The notes below the pieces were generated by a model that was not told the origin of the DNA, searched no databases, and was given only the letters and a program-made list of their open reading frames with translations. From the human T2T-CHM13v2.0 reference genome, Homo sapiens: DNA of 64,000 bases. The stretch lies in NCBI RefSeq assembly GCF_009914755.1, contig NC_060925.1. The stretch is one strand, 5' to 3'. The position numbers and the translations under genes were made by a program. This document shows, piece by piece, positions 49,801 to 64,000 of the stretch. How positions within the stretch are numbered: position 1 is the first letter of the stretch; every line of letters begins with the position of its first letter.

Positions 49801-52800
49801 CTTTGGATCAGTGGGAGCTTGCTAAACCATAGTTGCAACTGGACATAATGGCTGAGATTCTGTATTCTATAGATCTTTTCCAAAATCAATCTTATTCCAT
49901 TTGCATTTAGGTTTGTTGGAACCTGTACTGTAGCAGTTGGTAAATATATTGAATATTACCATTATCTCTCTCTCTTTCCATACATATATGTATGCGTGTG
50001 TGCACTCTGGAAATTGTATCATTATATAAAAATGATTATTATTCCTGGTTGAAGTGTGGTGCCCATTTAACACATGATAATCACAGATTTTTAGAGCAAA
50101 AACTCTTTCTCATATGCTAGACAGATTTACAAAGGCAGAAATCATGGTTTCCTGGCATATAGAAGGTAACAAATATGTTTTTGTGGAATGAATGGATGAA
50201 TGTTCTTTATGTGTAACACAGGAAAAAATTTCTAGATGAGCGTAGAACATATTTATGAAATTTTAAATCAAATATAATATCTATAGTTAGGGCTTAGAAT
50301 GTTCAGACATTGTAAGTGACTATTGTACTACTGTTATTGAAAGAAAAAAACACTCATCAGTATAGCAATTCACAGAGCTTGTTTTTTCTTGTAAATTTCA
50401 TTTGTTAAGAGCGTTGTTTTAGATGCAGTCTCTCTATAGAAACATGTATAAACTCATGAGGAGTTTGAACATAAAGTACTGCTATAAAACTAGGTACTTA
50501 TTTTCCTTCAATGTATCTAACTTTTATCTTACAGACTGTGAGCTCATTTAATAGCATCAAGTGAAGGAGACTGGTATAGCATCCCCTCTGCTGCATACCT
50601 TTGGGACTTTCCTGTATAATGTTGATGCTCAGTCTCAGCCAACCTGACAATAAAATGATCCACTTATCCAACACAAGCAGGCAGAGGAGGAGATACTACA
50701 TCTTTTCACGCTGCGTCCCACTCCCAGAGCCAGTCCAATGCTTCCTTTGGGCTGAGCACACACACACAGAAACCCCTTCATCAACAATTTTTCATGTTTT
50801 CTGTTAAATTGGGTTTACTCTTCTTACGTGAATTTTCCCCTAGATACTTTTACCAAATAACACAGAAAGTATTTGAGGTGAACTAAAACTTTTTAATAAT
50901 AAACTTTGTGGTTATAAAACCCAAGGAAGACAAGACTACTGAGGCAGTTAGAAGAAATTGCTGAAGTCAAGAATAAAAAAAGATATATGTTAGTCTAAAT
51001 CTTAAAATGAAACTTTTCAAAGAACCAATATTGTCTAATTGGAAACTTTTATACATTCCTTGGGAGTCTACTTCATAAAGTAATTTTTTTAGCCACTAAC
51101 ACATTTTTTACCATTGTGTAAAGTTTTTACTTTCTTAATTCCTCTACTCTTTGGCACTTCTGTTTTTAAAAATAACACAGAAAGCAATTGTCTTTTGCAT
51201 TAGATATCTTACTTTTAACTGAAACTCATGTAAACCCTATTAAAGTTGCTTACTTAGGTATTTTTATTTTTTACTGAAAATAAATGCTTTCTTTTGGGAC
51301 CATGTTTTGTTGTCAAGGTGCAATTCTAGAATTACCAGGCAGATTTGAGAGCAATCCTAATTGAATTAAAAATTCTAACTATGTTTTGTTATTATAGATT
51401 ATAGCTTAATTATTTGAAGGAAACCAAAGTGCCTGTTGTCCTAAGATATTCTATTAACTTTTAAAAATACCTAACTCTATCAATCTTCTGTTTTAAAGCC
51501 TTCATTTTCTATAATTCTATTATTAAAATAAAAATATGTTGTTGACAGGCTTTTAACGTATATATCAAAGACAATATGTAGAATTCTAACTAAAAAAAAC
51601 AGGACCAGGGCAGAAAGATTTTGAGGGAAAATAGTGGCAGAAAGACTCAGAAAAGAATATTCAACGAAAAACTCTGCTTTGCTCTAGGTGGTATGAGGAC
51701 TGGGCCTTTTGTCAGTTAACAGTCTTTCTGTACAATATTCAGAAAATCCAGCTGAAAAGATCTAAAACCAAAAGGGAATTTATTGGCTCTCATAACTGAT
51801 ACTCATAGCCTATATGCCAGTTATCAAGTTATTGCCTCTTGGCTCCAAATTCACCCTTCAATATATATTCTATGATAATAGACAATTCCTTTTAGTATTT
51901 TTCCTTTAAAGTGAGACCTATGTTAACCTTTCTCAGCAGAGGATGCTGATTTCAGGAAAAAGGTGTCAGGCTGCCTGCCATCCCTTAAGGCAGTAGTGTG
52001 GGTATAAGGACATCTGGTGAAGCTTTGCCTCAGTCATGTGCCAAGAACATAGGCCTTTGGCAACCTTGCAGAGTAGATCCTGCAATAACCTTCTTGCTTT
52101 GCCCTTGACATGGAAATTTGCATACGCATATCCTCTTGGCTCTGTTTCTTTAGAGAACTTGAATACAGCAATCAACAGATGTCACTATTGACCTCTGAAA
52201 ATAAAGGAGGAAGAGGAGAAAGACAGTGTGGAGGTGGGATTGGACAAAGGCATGATCCTTGGAGGAAAGGTAGAGAAGGATCAACTTCTCATTTCACAAT
52301 TTTGTCTTGGGCAGGTAGTATATTTACTGATTCTAGACTTTCAGTCTATTTCTCTCTCACTTTTGGGGTGTAGTAAGGTACAACATATTGTATAACTTTC
52401 CACCACTCATCTACTGATTTGTTGGCCAGAACCAAGAGGACACTGGAGGACTTACCAACACTTATTCATGGGCTGGGATGAAACTTGATCCAAGGGCCCC
52501 TCAGAGGTGTATAATAATTATAGATGTTTATAAATAATTGACTCAGTGGCTTATTTGCTTATTTATTCACAGACTCATTCAATTATCCACTTAGCACCAG
52601 GTACAGCTAATCTGTGAAGTAAGGAAAAGAATTTCAAGATATGTAGTATATAGTTCCCAGCTCTCCAATAATTTATATACCTGTTACATAATAAAACAAA
52701 TGAACTTATTTTTAATTCAGGGGTAATTAAAATCAAATTGATGAGAGAGGTTCAAATGATCGTTGCAACTCAGAAAATGGAGAAAGAACATTTGCTGAAA

Positions 52801-54700
52801 TGAGGGAAGGCTACATAAAAGACGTATAGTTGAGCTCTGAAAAATGGTTGGGATTTTGATATGAAGAGACAGAAGATGACTTCTAGTTAGAAACAGCAAA
52901 AGCAAAAGAACAGGGTTAAAAAATAATACAACCTTGTTTGAGATGCATGAATAAAGCAACATAGTTGGAATAAAATATTTAGGGAGGCAACTTGAGGGTG
53001 AGGTTGGAGTAACACATTGGGAAATAATCATGGTCAACCTTAAAGGCCAAACTAAGAACTTACATAATTTTTTAAAGTGCAGAAAAGTGCATAAAAGATA
53101 AGTGTCCATTTCATAGATTATTACAAAGTTAATGCTCCTATGAAATCACTACCCAGATCACAAAATAAAACATTTCCAACATATCAGAAAGCCCATTCAG
53201 CCCTTTCAAAGAACATACCTTTTTTTCTCTCTCAAGGAAACTCCACTGACCTCTAACACCGTAGACCAGGAGTGACTATTTTTTAATTCTATATACCTGT
53301 CATTACATAAAATATATTATTTTATGTCTAACTTCTTTCACCTAACAATGTTGATGAGACTCATACATGCTGTTGAATGTATCTGTGGCTCACTTATTTT
53401 CATTGTTTGATGATATTCTAGTATATAAATATACCACAATTTATCCAAGTGACTGTTATTTTGTAGAATTTAAAGATTATAATAAGGGTGATCAAATATA
53501 CTTGAGCTTAAGTAACTGCCAAGAATGGTAGAGTCTTAACCAACTAAAGGAGGCTTAGAAGAAAATTCTGGTTTGGAGTATATGGTTTTCAATTCTAAAA
53601 TTATATCGCTTACCTTATTAAACTATTTTACCAATCCTTTAGTTTGAATTTGTGACAATCTTTTTCTTCAACTCTCATTTTTCATCATTGCTATGGAAGG
53701 TCATTCTCGGAAGACATTGCAGCTGTCAGGGAAGAAAAAACCGGGACTATGGAGGGATAGTTAAATTGCCTCCCTCTCAGTGAGCTCGGTATCCAGAGCT
53801 TTTCTATTATTCAAACCTGACGGCTTTGGTGTAAGGAGTGATAGTAGCTAGGAGAATGACAGGTCTGGGACTTCTGGGAAGCCTAAGTCCACATAGCTTT
53901 TAAAGTGGTAGCTATTCCATGTGCTCAACTTATCACTAATTCTTTCCTTATTTCTAGACATTTTTTTTTCTATCACTGACATAAGCAATGGCTTTTTCCA
54001 TTTTTGCAGCCTATTATTTATTTAACTGGATATTAACAGGTATCTAGCAGACATGTAGATACCCCAGGAACAGCATGCCACTACCTTCACCTGTGTTGGT
54101 GTTGTGATAGTAATTCCAATTGATTAATTTTTTTATCAATTGATTAATTTTTGAGACAGTTTGCTTGGATAACAGTTCAGACATTGCTAGGCTTGACTGT
54201 ATGAATTCCTATGGAATGGATCTCTTAGGCTCTGTGTGCATTTTAGCACAGCCTTTTTAATAGAAGCTTTTATTTAATATCTGTGGTAATATTTTACTTA
54301 CCATTGTATCCGGAAACATAGGAAAGACTGTTCATTAAACTTGTTTATATTGCTTCTTCCAATCAGGTTTCTTTGACAAATGTTTTGCCTTAAATTTGTG
54401 CTTTCCAGGATTATTACTATGCCTTGATAGCTTACGGGATGGCACTAACAAGAAACAGAAGAGATAGTATCTTATATTTCTAGACCACTTTAGAATTTAC
54501 AAAGCATTTCTACATCTATTATTTCCCATTACTGTCTCCACCACCCTGTAAAAGAGGTGTTTTTGCTTTCATTTTAAAGATCAAGAAATGTGGGCTCAAA
54601 GACATATGTAGTATCACAGTCACTGGTTTGTGTAAGATCAAATCTGATCTTCTAATCCTAGGTTCAGCGCTATTAGCTAGTGCCTCCATCCTGCTTATCT

Positions 54701-54763
54701 GTATCTGGTGTAGATTTTCCTGTTATCCCTTTGGTATCTGGTGTAGAATTTCCTGTTATCCCT
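54701..54763. repeat. 33-bp-period tandem duplication
   Basis: gtatctggtgtaga(t/a)tttcctgttatccct x2. Confidence 0.92.
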
Positions 54764-55899
54764 CAAATGTTAATTAGGAGCTATATTCTTGCCACGTAAG
54801 AATTATATGTCTATCGAGTTCATATACCTTAGCATTAGACAACAACTGAAATTCTCAAAATTATCAGGTTAATGTATCACCTAGAACTAGTCAATTTTCT
54901 GGAATTAATTTTATGTCATAAGGCTTACTTTTTATCTTTTCATGTGCTTTAATAATACTTGAACCAATATTACCTCCTATGTGAACAGAGTTCAGGTGAA
55001 TAGCCAGTGAGCTTCTATTACAGATCTATTTTAGAATTGACTTCTTTGTGGCACCAATAAAATCTTCAACTACAGCATGATTATGTTGTCAAAAAGTTGA
55101 TTTTCATCATAGTCTGAATATTGATTCATTGAATATGTAACTTTTTTCTTGAGAGAAATAAAATTATTTCCCTGGATACGTTACATAGATCATCAGTATG
55201 TATGAAGTTTTGAAGAGGTTGGTCATTGGTAAATATACTAAAGAAAATAATCCGAAACAAACCATACAGATAAAAGACAATTCTTACATTAGTTTAACAT
55301 TAAATGTCCCTTAGTACATAGATGAAAGACTAAAATGCAGGACAATATAAGCATAATATGTGTTGATTTATGAGCAGCATGCAGCTCAATAATCCATTGG
55401 TGTCTACTGACTAAGATCAGTGTAAGGGCAAACACGGCTCTCTTTTGAGTGCTGTTCTAGGCTCTTCTGGTGAAAAGATATTTTTAGGCAACACTGTGCA
55501 ATTCAGAGAACGTGAAAGGTAATGAGGTATTCCTCTCAGCGCAATGTACCATGTCCATTCTATCATTGAAAGAGTAATGACATGAATCAGAAAAGCCAAA
55601 CACATATACATTTAAATCCCTGAAAAATGATGTGACTATGAAGTTACTGAATTACTTGGATGTTTTGTCAAAGTTTACTTCCTGGCTAAATAGTGGGCCT
55701 CTCCATATTCAACCATGTCACATACTTATTTAAATATGTCACATATTTAATTAAACTTTCTTGCTTAAATGGGAGTTGGAGAATGATCTGGCCAACATGA
55801 ACCAAGTTGAGAAGGGGTTATTAATTAGGTTCCAGGATGGTGAAGAGTATGCAATTCTTACCCAGGACCATGGGAATGCAGTGAGCCAAAGGGATTGGC

Positions 55900-55948
55900 A
55901 AATCTGTCAGAAGAAAGAAAGAAGAAATCTGTCAGAGGAAAGAAAGAA
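55900..55948. repeat. 25-bp tandem duplication
   Basis: aaatctgtcaga(a/g)gaaagaaagaa x2. Confidence 0.9.
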
Positions 55949-57667
55949 CATTAGATTTTCTGGGCCAAAAATTAAGCCAAAAAACTTTTAGCAAAGAAAT
56001 AAGATATGAAAAGAGCAAAAGCCTTTCGGGAGTGAATAGGTGGTTCTTTGACAATGTCCTAATTTGACAATGGTAGAGGATCAGATAACTGAGGTTTTTC
56101 TTTAGGGAACAGTGGGCATATGAGTGAAAGGAGTTGGTTGGCTAGAAGGGCCAAGAGCTGAGCAGATTACGATTCATTATTCTTTCCTACGATAAACATT
56201 ACCTAGTATTCTATCATTAGACACAATTAAAATGTGTAAAAGCAAAAAAGTCACCATCATAATCAATTATTTAGTTTTTCTAAAGGATTTCAAACAATGT
56301 TTGATTGATTTTTAAATGCTGAATTGGATGATTTTGGGATTCAATTAGTAATACAGAGGAACAGACTCTCAATGGGAGACAAATTTCAAGGTTATCCAAT
56401 GGCACTTGAGGCAGGAATTCTTTCTATATTGTTCAAGTTGAGCGAAAGTCTGGTATTAAGTTCTGTGTTGACAGTACACATGCTGCTTTATGAGGCACTC
56501 CATTTCATTGTGTATAGCCTTATGTCTGTAATTTTTATTTTTGGCTTCCTAGAAAACATTCCTAATTTCTACCAGCATTTTGGTTTATGTTTGTAGAAAA
56601 ATGTCTTCTTAATCTGATACAGTCTAGTGAAACTATTAATGATGGCCCTTACCTCACCCTAAACAAAGGTACCAACCTGACCCCGGGTAGTCCTGTAGTC
56701 AGTCCTTTTCTCAAATTTGAATCTTGAACGCGGTGAAACAAACGTTCAGCATTGTTTCATTTCCAGCAGTGGTTGGTGCCCTGACCAGACTATTTTCCCC
56801 CTGAGCCTCTGACCGTCTTTCCTGTTTTCTCATTCTCTGAATGAATCTGCCCTAGTTTTTGTTGTTTCCAAACTGATTCTCCAGCTTCCTGTCAATACTG
56901 TGCATGCCAGTCAACTGGGGAGACTGTTAGAAATGAAGATTCTTAGACCTCATGTTGCTTAAAGTATTTAGCAGTAGTAGTATGAGGTGGGGTACAGGAA
57001 GTTAAATTTACAACACACTCCGAGTAACACTGATGCAGTCAAAAATATGAGCTGACTTTTGGGAACACTGTACAATGTACATTTGTACTTTAATAGAACA
57101 TTTCTGAAAGTGGAAAAGTCTTCCTGACTGACTCACTAACTGGATAAATTCCAGTTCTTTCATTCATTCAATAATTCAACAAACAGACATTGAGCATCTA
57201 CCCTGTGACAGGCATCAACGATGAGCCTTGGAGTAAATAATATCATTAAGATTATTTGAGGCTGGGCGTACCAGCTTGCTTTTGGCGGGGCACTGAGTCA
57301 TTCAAAAGAGCAAGGAATACATATCTAGATATCGATGTCTTATATTCAGTAAATATCACTAATAATCTTTAAAAGAAATGGACAAGCATTTATCTCTATA
57401 TTTCCATATCCCTCATATTCCTCAAAAGTGTCATAATAAAGAGATTTCTAATTACACTCTAGGCATGTTCCTTTGTGTATGTAAAAATAGTTCTAGGCAA
57501 TACCAGAAATCTCAGTTCTAATTAATTAGTCTTAGGCATGATAATAAAATTCAGCCATACCAATTTTCTGCCAGGTTTAATGAAACAAGGTTTTCTTCTT
57601 TCATTTTGCTACTCAATTGCCTCACAATTACATGTACAATGTACAATAAAAATAACTGTATAGGTGA

Positions 57668-58014
<347 letters not shown>

Positions 58015-58722
58015 TCAACTAACAAAAATAACTCTGAAGTAAAATACTGTTAAATCAGGTTCAAATTTTATGTTGTTTCGTTGATTATTTTAAGATTATA
58101 AATCAGTGATCTTAAGTACATCTTAAAAACTTATATCCCTCTAAAATTGACTCTAAGTAAATTGACCTCTAAAATTTCTCAATTTAAGCTTAGATCATTG
58201 TAAAATATATAGTTTACTGTAAATTGTAAATATTGACATAAAAGTTGTATCTTCTTGAGATATAGCCATTTCGATTCTCATGAAAAATCGATATTAAAGT
58301 ACTTAAACTAATTCATCTGTAACAGTCACAAGTTACCCTGAACTTCTATTTCTATACCACTTTTTCAATAGGATTTAGCCTAGTTTAATGCATTCTTTCT
58401 GCCTCAAAGTCTTTTAGTAATTACCCTTTTCCTACCACAACAATATGGATGTACATTGAAAAAGTAATTAAAAATTTGGTGATGTAGACTCCAGGTGTTA
58501 AGAATTCTTCTGAATTCAATTTTCATTATTCATATTAATATATAATTAACCTAAACATCATGAATAATTTTTAGATAATATACATAAAAACTAAAATATA
58601 TTAGAATTATATTCATTATTCTCATGATTGAGCAATTTCTTGTTTAATAAATGTATGTATCTGTGGCTGAATATTACTTATTGCTAGAATGAGTCAAAGC
58701 TTAGCATCAATCTATTCTATTT

Positions 58723-62369
<3,647 letters not shown>

Positions 62370-64000
62370 CTATTCTATTTTTGTTTTTATAGATACGAGA
62401 TCTGAGAAAATGTATTCTCATAAATAAGTAGGTGGGAATGGAAAGAGTTGTGTTTTAGCAGTGTCATTCAAATATTTGAACTCCTTCCAAGTTATATGCC
62501 AAAAATCACATAGTTATCTATCATCAAAAATTATTTTTAATGATGTACCAGCTGTCATCTCAATTAGGTCTTCTTTCAATTTTGTTAAAGGCAAAGAATT
62601 GAAACTAATTCTAGGTTTTATTATTCAGTTATTAGGGTCATTTACTTTCTGAACACTAATAGCAATATTTTGAATCGTCCTAGAACTCTGGAGATTTTTG
62701 CACTCAGGGTCAATGTGCCATGGTAAAATGGATGACAAGCATCCCTCTTTTTGAAAGTGTAACAAGGATAACAAGGATAAGAAAAACCAGAATAAGTATT
62801 CTGACAGTCAAATTTTAGGAAAGAGTACATGTTAAGTTCAGGATGTAGCAATTATTTCCTTGAAATTATTCATGCCACCAAAGTATACATATCCCAGTTT
62901 GAACTCGGCTGGTCTGATCATGTGAGGAAGCCTTTGGGATTACGCCACGACAGTCATCTGAATACAACTGCATGAAAGACCTCGAACCAGAACCTCAAAA
63001 TTAAGAGAGATAATAATAAAATGATTTAAGCCACTGTGTTTTGGAATGATTCATTATGTAGCAATAATAATCAAAAAGGGACCTAAGAGAATACCTTAGT
63101 AATCAAAATAATTTGATGTTCATACAATCCAGAATTTATAGAAGTTTTAACTGATTTGATCTAAAATTAATCTTTTCATATTATGAAAATTGCAGTGTGC
63201 ATTAGTACATAAAGACTGCAAGAAATATATTAAACAGCTAATGTTTAATTTCATTAAAGAAAATATGACTAGACTTATGCTACAATTTGTTATTGGTTAG
63301 GGTTCTATAAGTATATGAAATTTTCCAAAGTTCTTATCTTTTATTTACTTTTAAAAATGTTAATTTTTATTCTCAAAGTAATATTTGTGCTTAATTTTAA
63401 AAGTACTACAACAGTACATAAAGAAATAAATAGAAGCAAACCCCTCTCCTCTTCCCTTTCTCTGGAAACATTTATTTTCAATCTGTTTTAGCTGTTTGTT
63501 CTGATATTTACCTTTCAATTTCTCTTACCATACTTTATTACTAGTTCTATGGCTTTTTGCTTTTTTCAATTTTAGGCTTTATTAGCTCCCTTCTAAAGAA
63601 GATTATCTCTTTCACACTCCTTCTTCAACCCATTTTAATGCATACGCTTATTTTTTCTCCTCCTGTTCTCCTAATATAGTTATATCATGCTTTTATAAGG
63701 TATTAGTACTCACAGTTTAAATTTGCATTGTACTGTGATTATATATCTCCTCTCCCTTTTTACTACAGTTTTTATTATATCAATTGGTTTTTTTAATCCA
63801 GGTCCCTAAGACTATTTTAGCCCTGAACTTTCTCACGGAACTGTAAAACAGGTTTCACTACAGTCCATGTTATTGAACACATAATTCTAGGTTTTTATTC
63901 TTTCTTTCTGTTTTTTTTTTTTCCATTTTTAATTTTCTTTAGGTCTGTCCTTCTGGAGTCCATTGTCCTCCTGTGAAAATCTGGACTCATGGATCTCTAG

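Overview
Human (primate) genomic DNA, recognisable as the ZRANB2 (ZNF265/ZIS) locus on chr1p31. The complete ZRANB2 gene lies on the minus strand: ATG at 31002, nine shared coding exons, a 75-nt alternative exon giving the 320-aa isoform (...SPESQVIGENTKQP*), and a last exon giving the 330-aa isoform (...SSSKKK*). Its 3'UTR of about 1.8 kb ends near 13290. MIR186 sits in intron 8. A CpG-rich bidirectional promoter at ~30.6-31.45 kb also appears to drive a divergent plus-strand lncRNA (ZRANB2-DT/AS2), and an antisense lncRNA (ZRANB2-AS1) probably overlaps the 3' part of the gene. The rest is intronic or intergenic DNA rich in Alu, L1, L2, MIR, MaLR/ERV1 LTR and DNA-transposon relics, including a young 5'-inverted L1PA with target-site duplication. 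Nearly all ORFs in the supplied track are spurious or repeat-derived. I see no prokaryote-style novel system. The best candidate for undescribed biology is cryptic splicing inside ZRANB2. A 21-nt micro-exon and a 189-nt intron are hidden in the 3'UTR and read in frame with exon 9, giving a third C-terminus (...SPESISSDNAS*). Several PTC-generating alternative splice sites also lie next to AGGUAA/GGU motifs, which ZRANB2 itself binds, suggesting splicing/NMD autoregulation. All of these are sequence-based inferences that need RNA-seq confirmation.
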